Assembly: GCA_963639175.1 (NCBI GenBank)
Contig: CAVHUN010000038.1
Location: 1 to 46,733, forward strand
Length of the DNA: 46,733 nucleotides
From: an uncultured Prevotella sp.
Lineage (GTDB): Bacteria; Bacillota_I; Bacilli_A; RFN20; CAG-288
Direction: 5' to 3'
The notes beneath the pieces were generated by a model, which was not told the origin of the DNA, made no database searches, and saw nothing but the letters and a program-made list of their open reading frames with translations. This document shows, one piece after another, positions 36,326 through 45,709 of the stretch (within the stretch, counting starts at the first letter, position 1; the number at the start of each line of letters is the position of its first letter). The translations under genes and the position numbers were made by a program.

Positions 36326-36898
36326 TTAACCGTTAACTCTTGAATCGTATTGAGCATCTTTAGTGGTGACATAAACCATTTCACCATTTTTGATGAACAT
36401 AGGAACTTTGATTACTAAACCAGTTTCTAATGTAGCATCTTTTCTAGGGTTATTAATGGTATCGCCTCTAACAGCATCATCAGTTTGAACAATCTTTAAT
36501 GCGACTTTACTAGGTAATTCAACACCTAAAATTTCTGATTCATAGAAAGTAACTGTAACTTCAGATTCATCCTTGATGAATTGTTTTTCCCATTCTAATC
36601 TTTCATGAGGAATGCTAACTTGTTCATAAGTTTTGCCATCCATGAAGACAAAGAATGATCCATCATCATAAAGATATGTCATCTTCTTTTTATCTAAGAA
36701 AATAGTTTGGACTTTATCTCCACCAGTAAAGGTCATATCGTTTATGGTGCCACTTCTTAAATTCTTGACTTTAACTTTAACAACCATTTGTCTCATAGCA
36801 GTCTTGTTATGTTCAATATCGATGACTGTGTAGATATTGCCATCTTTTGTGAACATTTTGCCTGGACCTAAGTCGTTACAAATAATGATATCAGCCAT
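36326..36898 (-). CDS. efp: Elongation factor P (non-canonical beta3-beta4 loop)
   Basis: 190 aa, colinear with Bacillus EF-P (KNLRSG, GDT, ATLETG blocks). The loop reads HNKTAMRQ instead of HVKPGKGA. Confidence 0.92.
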   Translation of the reverse strand: MADIIICNDLGPGKMFTKDGNIYTVIDIEHNKTAMRQMVVKVKVKNLRSGTINDMTFTGGDKVQTIFLDKKKMTYLYDDGSFFVFMDGKTYEQVSIPHERLEWEKQFIKDESEVTVTFYESEILGVELPSKVALKIVQTDDAVRGDTINNPRKDATLETGLVIKVPMFIKNGEMVYVTTKDAQYDSRVNG

Positions 36899-36922
36899 TG
36901 TAATTCTCCTTAATTATTTAGA

Positions 36923-37081
36923 TTATCTCTTCTCTTTATGAAGAGTGGATTTTTGACATCTAGGACAATATTTCTTTAATTCGATTCTATCAGCGTGATT
37001 TTTCTTATTTTTACTAGAAATATAATTTTCTTCTCCACAGACAGTACATTTTAAAGTTATTTCAGTTCTTGTTTCAGCCAT
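36923..37081 (-). CDS. rpmG: 50S ribosomal protein L33 (Zn-ribbon form); absent from the supplied ORF track
   Basis: Hand translation of the minus strand gives [62 protein letters not shown]. Lies 24 nt upstream of efp. Confidence 0.9.
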   Translation of the reverse strand: MAETRTEITLKCTVCGEENYISSKNKKNHADRIELKKYCPRCQKSTLHKEKR

Positions 37082-37190
37082 ATACAATACTCCTTTCGTA
37101 GCAACCTATTTAATATACCATAATTATTAGTAATAAATCTATAGTGAAATAAAAAATAATTAGGCATTTATCTATGTCTAAAGCAAAATT

Positions 37191-37219
37191 ATTATATAAA
37201 AATATGAAATTATTGTCAA
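37191..37219 (-). promoter_or_regulatory. Consensus promoter for rpmG-efp
   Basis: Minus strand reads TTGACA, then 17 nt, then TATAAT. Confidence 0.55.
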
Positions 37220-37225
37220 AATATT

Positions 37226-37269
37226 TTACTTTACTAATTATCTACTAATTATTTACTATTTATTAACTA
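37226..37269 (-). repeat. Phased TAGT array C (4 x 11 nt)
   Basis: Minus strand reads tagttaataaa tagtaaataat tagtagataat tagtaaagtaa. The array ends 6 nt before the -35. Confidence 0.8.
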
Positions 37270-37315
37270 GTGCATGACATTTTATAATTTTTCCTTCCCT
37301 AATTTTTACATATAT

Positions 37316-37344
37316 TTGATATTTAAATACATAAACATTACAAT
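37316..37344 (+). promoter_or_regulatory. Candidate ispG promoter
   Basis: TTGATA, then 17 nt, then TACAAT. Confidence 0.45.
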
Positions 37345-37368
37345 AATTTTGAAAGAAAAGGGTTAACA

Positions 37369-38409
37369 ATGATAAAAAGACATTATAAACAACCAATTAA
37401 TATAGGAAATAAAGTCATAGGTGGAAATTCTAAAATACTTATCCAGACTATGGCAAATATTAAAACAAGCAAAGTAGATCAAGTATTAGACTTAATTGAA
37501 AAATGTGAAAGATTAGGAAATGACTTAATTAGATTATCAGTTTTAGATTTAGAAGATGCCAAAGCTTTTAAAGAATTAACTTCCCGTTCACACACTCCAA
37601 TTATTGCTGATATTCATTTTAATCCTAAGTTTGCCATTCTAGCTATTGAAAATGGAGCTAGTGCAATTAGATTAAATCCTGGAAATATTTCTTCAAAAGA
37701 AGATTTAATAAAAATTATTGACGCTTTAAAATATCACAACATTCCTTTAAGAATAGGAGTAAATTCAGGTTCATTACCTAAAAAATATAAAGTAAGTAAT
37801 CCAACTAATATGGTAGCTGCTTTAAAAGATTATGTAGATTTTTTTGAAGAACAAGATTTTCATAATATCGTACTTTCATTAAAATCATCTGATCCAAATA
37901 TAACTTATAAAGCCTATAAAAAAGCCGATAAATTATTTAATTACCCTCTTCATATAGGAGTAACTGAAGCCGGTGCTAACTATATAGGAGCTATTAAATC
38001 TTCAATCGCTTTAGTCCCTTTATTAAAAGAAGGTATAGGAGATACTATTAGAATCAGTTTAACTGAACCATGTGAAGATGAAGTAGTAGCAGCTAAAAAC
38101 TTACTTAAAGGCCTAGGTTTAATAAATAATGTCCCTGATCTAGTCTCTTGTCCAACTTGTGGTAGAACTCAAGTAGATTTATTTAAAGTCTATAATGTTA
38201 TTCAAGAACACTTAAAATATGTAAATAAAGATATTAAAGTCGCTATTATGGGCTGTATAGTTAATGGACCAGGTGAAGCAAAAGATGCTGATTTAGGAAT
38301 AGCCGGTGGAAAAAATAACTTCCTTGTCTTTAAAAAAGGTGTTCCATTAAAAGTATTAAAAGAAAATGAAGCTATTAATTTCTTAATCGAAGAAATAGAT
38401 AAATTCTAG
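37369..38409 (+). CDS. ispG: 4-hydroxy-3-methylbut-2-en-1-yl diphosphate synthase
   Basis: 346 aa; CPTCGRT and GCIVNGPGE cluster-ligand motifs. Confidence 0.95.
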   Translation: MIKRHYKQPINIGNKVIGGNSKILIQTMANIKTSKVDQVLDLIEKCERLGNDLIRLSVLDLEDAKAFKELTSRSHTPIIADIHFNPKFAILAIENGASAIRLNPGNISSKEDLIKIIDALKYHNIPLRIGVNSGSLPKKYKVSNPTNMVAALKDYVDFFEEQDFHNIVLSLKSSDPNITYKAYKKADKLFNYPLHIGVTEAGANYIGAIKSSIALVPLLKEGIGDTIRISLTEPCEDEVVAAKNLLKGLGLINNVPDLVSCPTCGRTQVDLFKVYNVIQEHLKYVNKDIKVAIMGCIVNGPGEAKDADLGIAGGKNNFLVFKKGVPLKVLKENEAINFLIEEIDKF

Positions 38410-38410
38410 C

Positions 38411-38449
38411 AAAACAAAAAGCCTATGTAATTAAATGCATAGACTTTTT
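38411..38449. terminator. Bidirectional terminator between ispG and the helicase gene
   Basis: cctatgta/tgcatag(a)c imperfect hairpin flanked by an A-run and a T-run. Confidence 0.5.
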
Positions 38450-38452
38450 AAA

Positions 38453-39838
38453 TTATTTTGATTTTTTGAACTGTTTTTTCTTATTTTTGATGTAATTATC
38501 TTCTTTATAATATGTATAAGAAGTGCCTTCTTGTTCGTTTCTTTTAGCAAGATTTTTCTTAATTACATCTTCTTTGTGTTTAGATTTAGTTCTTTCAATA
38601 GCGATCTTAATTTTCTTTTTGTAATTTGGCTTGACCTTTTTAGAACGCAATTTATATTTATAAATATTCTTTTTAATTTCTTGTTCTAACAATTTATTAT
38701 TAATCTTAGGTCTATTAGCCTTATCAGATAAGCTTCTTTCTTCTTTTAAGGATTCTTCTTTTAAAACTAAATATTTAAAATTAAGTCCTTTTTTAGCAAG
38801 TTCTCTTGGCTTAGTCAAATCGTTTTCAGAATAGAAGATATAAGAATTACCCTTTCTATCAAATCTACCAGTTCTACCAGCACGGTGGAAATAATAAGTT
38901 AAATCGTAAGGTAAATCTAATGAAATAACATCAGATACATCTAATACATCAAAACCACGTGAAATTAAATCTGAACCAATTAAGAGATTGTATTTTTGAT
39001 CAGAAGCAAATAATTTTAAGATTCTATTTTGTTCTCTTTTTGATAAATTACCACTAATTGCTAAATGCGATAAGCTTGCCTCATTTAATTTTTTAGAAAT
39101 TTGATCAATTTCATTCTTTTTAGAAACAAATACAATAGCCTTATATGGCTTTTTAATTTTTAAGAATTTAATTAAAGCTTCTACTTTATCGTAATTTTTA
39201 ATGTCGACAAAATAATGAGTGACATTATTAGAAGTAATTTGACCATTATTTACTTCAATTAATTTATCAGCATAGATATATTTTTTAACTAAGGTATTTA
39301 AGTGTTGATCAACACTAGCAGTAAATAAAGACTTGCTGCCTTTTAAGTCCATAGTTAAGATTTGAATCAATTGTTCTTCAAATCCATCAAATATAAGCAT
39401 ATCCCCTTCATCTATAATTAATCTTTTTAAATCTTTAAGATTAAATTTAGAATAATTGTAGATAAACATATTTGGAGTAGTAATTATAATTTGACCACTA
39501 TAAGAATCTACATTTTTACTAGTACCATCTTTTACTACATCAATTTTGAAGTTTTTATATTCGACAAATTTTCTAAATGTTATATATAATTGATCAACTA
39601 ATAAGGTTGTAGGAACTATTATAATAGCTTGGCATGCCTTATCTAATTCTAAATCGTTAACAACAGGAACTAAATAACAAAGTGTTTTACCTGAACCGGT
39701 AGGAGCTTTAACAAAGCTGGATTTGTTTGCTAGTAGACTTGGAATAGCTTTTTCTTGAATTGAAGATAATTCTTTATAGCCATTTTTTTCTAAGAATTCT
39801 ACTAGTTTTCTATCAATATTAAAACTTGAAAACTTCAT
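38453..39838 (-). CDS. DEAD-box RNA helicase (DEGD variant) with a Lys-rich C-terminal tail
   Basis: Motifs APTGSGKT, PTTLL, DEGD, TAS, HRAGRTGR. Confidence 0.9.
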   Translation of the reverse strand: MKFSSFNIDRKLVEFLEKNGYKELSSIQEKAIPSLLANKSSFVKAPTGSGKTLCYLVPVVNDLELDKACQAIIIVPTTLLVDQLYITFRKFVEYKNFKIDVVKDGTSKNVDSYSGQIIITTPNMFIYNYSKFNLKDLKRLIIDEGDMLIFDGFEEQLIQILTMDLKGSKSLFTASVDQHLNTLVKKYIYADKLIEVNNGQITSNNVTHYFVDIKNYDKVEALIKFLKIKKPYKAIVFVSKKNEIDQISKKLNEASLSHLAISGNLSKREQNRILKLFASDQKYNLLIGSDLISRGFDVLDVSDVISLDLPYDLTYYFHRAGRTGRFDRKGNSYIFYSENDLTKPRELAKKGLNFKYLVLKEESLKEERSLSDKANRPKINNKLLEQEIKKNIYKYKLRSKKVKPNYKKKIKIAIERTKSKHKEDVIKKNLAKRNEQEGTSYTYYKEDNYIKNKKKQFKKSK

Positions 39839-41562
39839 TATTTTTCTTCCTTTACTTGAATGCCTAAAATGTCTAAGTTTTCAACAGGGACTAAGGAAGG
39901 ACATTCACTCATCACATCGCTAGCTTGTAAATTCTTAGGGAAAGCAACAACATCTCTAACATTATCAGTTTTACAAACTAACATTGCTAATCTTTCTACA
40001 CCTAGGGCAAATCCACCATGAGGAGGAGTACCATAATTAAATGCATCTACAAAGAAGCCAAATCTTTGTTTAATATCGTCTTGAGTTAAGCCTAATAATT
40101 CAAAGACTTTTTCTTGTAATTGACCATCGTAAATTCTTAAAGAACCACTAGATAATTCCATACCGTTAATTACAGTATCATATGCATAAGATAAAACCTT
40201 TGTAGGATCACTATCTAAATAATGTAAATCTTCATCTCTAGGTCTAGTAAATGGGTTAGATAAAGATTCATAATGATCTTCAACTTTTTCAAATAAAGGC
40301 CAATCGATAACAAAACATGGTTTAAAGACATTTGGATCAGTTAAATTTAATTTCTTAGCATATTCACTTCTAATTGCCCCAAGTGCAACAGAAACTATTT
40401 CATTTGATTCATTAGCACCAACAATCAATAAATCATTATCTTCTAATTTTAAGAAAGATGATAATTCATCTAAAACATCTTGAGAATAATATTTAGCTAA
40501 AGAAGAATTTAATTGATTAGATTCTTTTTTAAAGAAAGATACACCATGTAATTTAAATTTCTTAACTAATTGATTATCTAAATCCATAGTCTTTCTTGAA
40601 ACGTTAGAAGCGTAATTTTTAACAACTACACCTTTAATTACTTTACCTTTAAAGGCTTCAAAACTACCTTTAGATAAGATATCAGTTAAATTTACTAACT
40701 TCATATCATATCTTAAATCTGGTTTATCAGAACCATATAAATCAATAGCGTCTTTATATGTGATTCTTGCAAAATCTTCTAAGTCGTAATTTAAACAATC
40801 TTTCCAAATCTTTTTAACTAAGCCTTGAATGACATTTAAAACATCTTCCCTATTTACAAATGACATTTCACAGTCAATTTGAGTGAATTCAGGTTGTCTA
40901 TCAGCTCTTAAATCTTCATCACGATAACATCTTGCAATTTGATAATATCTATCAATTCCTGAAATCATTAAAAGTTGTTTATACATTTGAGGAGATTGAG
41001 GTAAAGCATAAAAGCAACCTTTTTTAGTTCTTGAAGGAACTAAATAGTCTCTAGCACCTTCAGGAGTAGATTTAATTAAAGTAGGAGTTTCAACTTCTAA
41101 AAAGTTTAAGTTTTCTAAATAATCTCTACTTGTTTTTAAAATTTGATGTCTTAGTTCTAAATTGTGTTGTAAGGTAGGTCTTCTTAAATCTAAGTATCTA
41201 TTTTTTAATCGAGTATCTTCTAAAGCATCAGTTTTATCAGCAATGATAAATGGAGTTAATTCTGATTTAGCAAAAATATGAATTGAACTAACTTCAATTT
41301 CTACTTCTCCAGTAGGAATATTTTTATTTATATCGCTTCTTAAAACGACTTTACCATTAACTTTAATACAATATTCATTCTTTAATGGTGTTTTTTCAAA
41401 TAATTCAGTTGGTAATTTTAATTGAACGATTCCACTTCTATCTCTTAAATCGACAAATACTAAAGAACCGAAGTTTCTAATTTTTGAAACCCAACCAGTT
41501 AAGCAAACTTCTTTTTCTACATCTTCTTTTCTTAAAAGTCCACACATTATTGTTCTTTCCAT
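39838..41562 (-). CDS. aspS: Aspartyl-tRNA synthetase
   Basis: 574 aa; FQIARCYRDEDLRADRQPEFTQID. Confidence 0.96.
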   Translation of the reverse strand: MERTIMCGLLRKEDVEKEVCLTGWVSKIRNFGSLVFVDLRDRSGIVQLKLPTELFEKTPLKNEYCIKVNGKVVLRSDINKNIPTGEVEIEVSSIHIFAKSELTPFIIADKTDALEDTRLKNRYLDLRRPTLQHNLELRHQILKTSRDYLENLNFLEVETPTLIKSTPEGARDYLVPSRTKKGCFYALPQSPQMYKQLLMISGIDRYYQIARCYRDEDLRADRQPEFTQIDCEMSFVNREDVLNVIQGLVKKIWKDCLNYDLEDFARITYKDAIDLYGSDKPDLRYDMKLVNLTDILSKGSFEAFKGKVIKGVVVKNYASNVSRKTMDLDNQLVKKFKLHGVSFFKKESNQLNSSLAKYYSQDVLDELSSFLKLEDNDLLIVGANESNEIVSVALGAIRSEYAKKLNLTDPNVFKPCFVIDWPLFEKVEDHYESLSNPFTRPRDEDLHYLDSDPTKVLSYAYDTVINGMELSSGSLRIYDGQLQEKVFELLGLTQDDIKQRFGFFVDAFNYGTPPHGGFALGVERLAMLVCKTDNVRDVVAFPKNLQASDVMSECPSLVPVENLDILGIQVKEEK

Positions 41563-41565
41563 ATA

Positions 41566-42858
41566 TTAACCTCTTTTCTCATTTTCAACTAAAATTTGAC
41601 AGATCTTACTAGCTTGATCAAAATCAATTATTTGTTGTGTTCTATCTTTCATGTTTTTAACAATTATTTTGTTTTGATTATAATCATCAAAAATTAAGAC
41701 GAAATTAGAATTCTTTCTATCTGCCATTTTTAAAGAGCCATTTAAAGCCTTTGAATAAGAACTAGAAGAAACTTTTCTACCGCTAGTTCTTAAAATATCT
41801 TCAATTTCAAGTGGTAATAAATCCTTATTTGCTCTTAAATCGATAACAAAATAATCTAAATATGGTTTTCTTGATTTTAATAATCTTTCTTTAGCATTAT
41901 CATCTAAAGCTAATAACAATCTTTCTATACCAAATGAAAAACCAATTCCTTCAAATGCTGGACCACCTAATTCACTTGTCAAATTACCATATTGTCCACC
42001 AGCTCCAATTGCCCCTAATTGCATATTTAAAGGATCATATAATTCAAATACTAAGCCAGTATAATAATCTAATCCTCTAACCAATTTAGGTTCAATCAAA
42101 TATTTAATTCCTAAGTTTGATAATCCTTGTTTAATTTGATTGAAGACTTTTTTATCTTCTTCAATTAAATAATCAGTTAAAATAGGACATTCTTTATTAA
42201 TTTGAATATCGTGTTCAACTTTGCAATCTAAGATTCTTAAAATATTAGTTTGATATCTTCTTTTGCAATCTTCACACATGCAATCAATTTTATCTTTGTA
42301 AAATTCATTTAATGCAGCTTTGTAGTTTTCTCTACTTTCTTTACTACCTAAGAAATTGATTTTTAGAATTAAATCGTGTCCTAATATAGCTTCTCCACCA
42401 TGATAAAGATTTAAAACAGCATCCATCATAGTTAAGAAGTCTATTTTACTATCTAAAAATTCTACACCAAATTGATTAAATTGACGTAATCTACCAGCTT
42501 GAGGTCTTTCAAAACGAAATACAGGACCACAATAGGAGAATTTTAAGGGTAAATCAGGAGAAGAAAATAACTTATTTTCAATCATCATACGGTTGATAGA
42601 AGCAGTAAATTCAGGTCTTAAGACATAATCGTGTTCACCTTTTACATCAAGTCTAAACATTTCTTTGTTGACAATATCGCTAGATTCACCAACACTTCTA
42701 ACAAATAATTTAGTTTCTTCAAAAATTGGGACATCGACTTTATTTGCCCCAAATGTATCACTTATTTGAAATAAATTTTCTTTTATTGCATCAAATAATA
42801 TTTGATTTTCACCAATAAAATCATTTGTTCCTCTAGGCTTATTAATTCTTTCTGCCAT
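41566..42858 (-). CDS. hisS: Histidyl-tRNA synthetase
   Basis: 430 aa; LRPEFTASINR and class II motifs. Confidence 0.96.
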   Translation of the reverse strand: MAERINKPRGTNDFIGENQILFDAIKENLFQISDTFGANKVDVPIFEETKLFVRSVGESSDIVNKEMFRLDVKGEHDYVLRPEFTASINRMMIENKLFSSPDLPLKFSYCGPVFRFERPQAGRLRQFNQFGVEFLDSKIDFLTMMDAVLNLYHGGEAILGHDLILKINFLGSKESRENYKAALNEFYKDKIDCMCEDCKRRYQTNILRILDCKVEHDIQINKECPILTDYLIEEDKKVFNQIKQGLSNLGIKYLIEPKLVRGLDYYTGLVFELYDPLNMQLGAIGAGGQYGNLTSELGGPAFEGIGFSFGIERLLLALDDNAKERLLKSRKPYLDYFVIDLRANKDLLPLEIEDILRTSGRKVSSSSYSKALNGSLKMADRKNSNFVLIFDDYNQNKIIVKNMKDRTQQIIDFDQASKICQILVENEKRG

Positions 42859-42869
42859 TTTTTACCTCC

Positions 42870-45089
42870 TTAATGAATACATCTTCTAACTTCATAACAA
42901 GATTTAATGTTCTTTAATCCAGTCATTATTTTATCAAGATGTTGTTTACTTGTAACTTGTAAAGTCATATAAATCAAAGTAGTTTTAGTAGATGATTTAG
43001 TTTTACCATTAATCTTTGTAATAGATGCATTTTGGCTAGTTACGCTATTCATAATATCTAATAAAAGATTATTTCTATCATAGCTTTCTACTACTATATC
43101 TACTGGGTATTTAGCTTCCTTATTTAAATTAGGATTCCACATAATTTCAATAATTCTCTCTTTTGAATTAGTGATATTTGGACAATCAATTCTATGGACT
43201 TTAATGCCACTACCTTTTGTAATAAATCCAACGATTTCATCTCCAGGAATTGGAGTGCAGCAACTTGCTAATTTAATCATTGCTGATGAACCATCAGCTA
43301 ATAAAACTGAGTCTTTAGAAATATCTTTTTTAGCGTAATTTCTTTTTGCGGCTTCACTAGTTGAATTAATTGCTCTTTTAATAGATGAATCAGAAGGCTC
43401 AAGCTTTAAATATTCAATTAACATTTGAGGTGTGACATTTCTTTGATAGACTTTTAAATATAAGTCTTCTAATTTTTCACACTTAAAATTTTGTAAGCAT
43501 TTTGTGTCAATTTCTTTTTCAATATTGACATTTAAAAGCTTTCTTTCTTTTAAAGCATCTTTAATTGATTGTTTACCCTTTTCAATTTGATCATCTTTTA
43601 TATAATCTTGATTTTGCTTAGCTAAATATTTTTTGATTCTAGACTTAGCAAAATTAGATACGCACATATTTAACCAGCTAGAAGAAGGAGAAGAAGAATC
43701 TTTTGTTTCGACTTCTACCATATCGCCAGTTTTTAATGTTGTTGAAATTGGAACTAATCTACCATTGACTTTAGCACCAAATAAAGTATCACCAATATGG
43801 GTGTGAATTTTATAAGCAAAATCAATAGGAGTAGCACCTTTTGGAAGATCAATTACTTTTCCTTTTGGAGTAAATACATAAACGTTAGCTTGGAAAATAT
43901 CTTTTTGTAATAAAGAGACATATTCACTTGCGTTAGCATCCTTATTTGAATCATCAGTTGACATATTTACAAAGTCTTTAAACCAATGTAAGTTATCTTC
44001 AATATCTTTTTGTTCCTTTTTAGGATCGTATTTTGTGCCTTCTTTATATCTCCAGTGAGCAGCAACCCCACCTTCAGCAGTTTCATCCATTTCTTTTGTA
44101 CGAATTTGAATTTCAAATACATGACCATCACCAGATAAAATAGTTGTATGTAAAGATTGATACATGTTTGGCTTTGGCATAGCAATATAATCTTTAAATC
44201 TACCTGGTAAAGGTACAAAAGCCGAATGGATATAACCTAAGATTTCATAACAGTTTGTTTCTGTTTTAGTAATAATTCTTAAAGCTAAAATATCATATAT
44301 ATCTTCAAACTTGTGTTTTTTGATATACATTTTCTTATATATTGAATAAATAGACTTAATTCTACTAGAAATATCAAAAGGAATTCTAGTTGGCCCTAAT
44401 ATCTTAATGACTTTATCTTTAATTTTTTCTAATGAATTTGATAAATCTTTAGAAGATTCATTTAACAATTTCTCTACTTCTAAATAGCCTTGCCTATCTA
44501 AATAATACAAAGATAAATCTTGCATTTCAGACATGATGGAATTTAAACCTAGTCTATGAGCAATAGGGACATAAACATCCATTGTTTCTTGACATATTCT
44601 TTTTTGTTTTTCTTCTGGTTGGAATTGCATAGTTCTCATATTGTGCAATCTATCAGCTAATTTAATAACAATAACTCTAATATCTTGAGCCATAGCAATA
44701 AAGATCTTTCTATGATCTTCAGCTAAAAAGTCAGTTTTATGGAAATCTGATAGTCTTGTAATTTTAGTTAAACCATCAACTAAAAATGCGACCTCATGAC
44801 CAAAATTCTCTTCTATTTCTTCAATAGTAGTATCAGTATCTTCAACAGTATCATGCAATAATCCAGCCATAATAGTAACAGGTGAAGTTTGCATTTTTGC
44901 CAATATTAAAGCAACTGCTAATACATGGCAAACATAAGGGTCACCAGATTTTCTAAATTGACCTTCATGCTTTTTATTAGCAAATTCATATGCTTTTTGG
45001 ATATTAGCTAAATCAGAAGGAACTGTAATATATTTTGAATAACATTCCTTCAATTCTTCAAATGTTACTAGTTTGTTTTGGATTTGCAT
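42870..45089 (-). CDS. relA: Bifunctional (p)ppGpp synthetase/hydrolase Rel
   Basis: HD motif HDTVEDT, synthetase YQSLHTT and EIQIRT, TGS and ACT regions. Confidence 0.95.
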   Translation of the reverse strand: MQIQNKLVTFEELKECYSKYITVPSDLANIQKAYEFANKKHEGQFRKSGDPYVCHVLAVALILAKMQTSPVTIMAGLLHDTVEDTDTTIEEIEENFGHEVAFLVDGLTKITRLSDFHKTDFLAEDHRKIFIAMAQDIRVIVIKLADRLHNMRTMQFQPEEKQKRICQETMDVYVPIAHRLGLNSIMSEMQDLSLYYLDRQGYLEVEKLLNESSKDLSNSLEKIKDKVIKILGPTRIPFDISSRIKSIYSIYKKMYIKKHKFEDIYDILALRIITKTETNCYEILGYIHSAFVPLPGRFKDYIAMPKPNMYQSLHTTILSGDGHVFEIQIRTKEMDETAEGGVAAHWRYKEGTKYDPKKEQKDIEDNLHWFKDFVNMSTDDSNKDANASEYVSLLQKDIFQANVYVFTPKGKVIDLPKGATPIDFAYKIHTHIGDTLFGAKVNGRLVPISTTLKTGDMVEVETKDSSSPSSSWLNMCVSNFAKSRIKKYLAKQNQDYIKDDQIEKGKQSIKDALKERKLLNVNIEKEIDTKCLQNFKCEKLEDLYLKVYQRNVTPQMLIEYLKLEPSDSSIKRAINSTSEAAKRNYAKKDISKDSVLLADGSSAMIKLASCCTPIPGDEIVGFITKGSGIKVHRIDCPNITNSKERIIEIMWNPNLNKEAKYPVDIVVESYDRNNLLLDIMNSVTSQNASITKINGKTKSSTKTTLIYMTLQVTSKQHLDKIMTGLKNIKSCYEVRRCIH

Positions 45090-45092
45090 ATT

Positions 45093-45605
45093 CTATAATT
45101 TTAAAATTGAATAATATGGAACATCCCCTAAATTAGCTTTACCATTTAAATCTTTTAATTCGATTAATGTGACAATACCACAAACTACACCGCCTTGTTC
45201 TTCAACTAATTCTTTAACAGCTTTTAAAGTACCACCAGTAGCAAGTAAATCATCTACTAAAAATACTTTTGTACCCTTTTTAATTGCTTTAGCAGGTAAT
45301 TCAATAGTTGTTGTATTGTATTCTAATGTGTAAGTCTTTGAAATAACTTCTCCAGGTAATTTACCTTTCTTTCTAGCCATGACAAATCCACTTCCAATAT
45401 TAAAAGCGACTGGAGCTCCAAATACAAAGCCTCTTGATTCAGGTCCAATAACTAAATCTACATCATAAGGTTTTATGATATCTGAAATTTCCTTAACAGC
45501 ACCATTAAAAGCTTCTTTTGAGGCTAATAAAGGTGAAATATCTTTAAAAGAAATACCCTTTTTTGGAAAGTCTAAGGTGACTGAAATATATTTTTCAAAG
45601 TCCAT
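45093..45605 (-). CDS. apt: Adenine phosphoribosyltransferase
   Basis: 170 aa; VDDLLATGGT PRPP motif. Confidence 0.96.
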   Translation of the reverse strand: MDFEKYISVTLDFPKKGISFKDISPLLASKEAFNGAVKEISDIIKPYDVDLVIGPESRGFVFGAPVAFNIGSGFVMARKKGKLPGEVISKTYTLEYNTTTIELPAKAIKKGTKVFLVDDLLATGGTLKAVKELVEEQGGVVCGIVTLIELKDLNGKANLGDVPYYSILKL

Positions 45606-45693
45606 ATTAATTTTACTCCTTAATTACTTATAAATTATATCATACTAATTAATTTGTAGATTAATTTTTTAAATATATTCTCGATTTAATTAA

Positions 45694-45702
45694 TGATATA
45701 AT
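45694..45702 (+). promoter_or_regulatory. Extended -10 (TGaTATAAT) 7 nt upstream of the ispH ATG; possible leaderless transcript
   Basis: TGATATAAT at 45694-45702, ATG at 45710, no Shine-Dalgarno between them. Confidence 0.4.
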
Positions 45703-45709
45703 TTTATTG

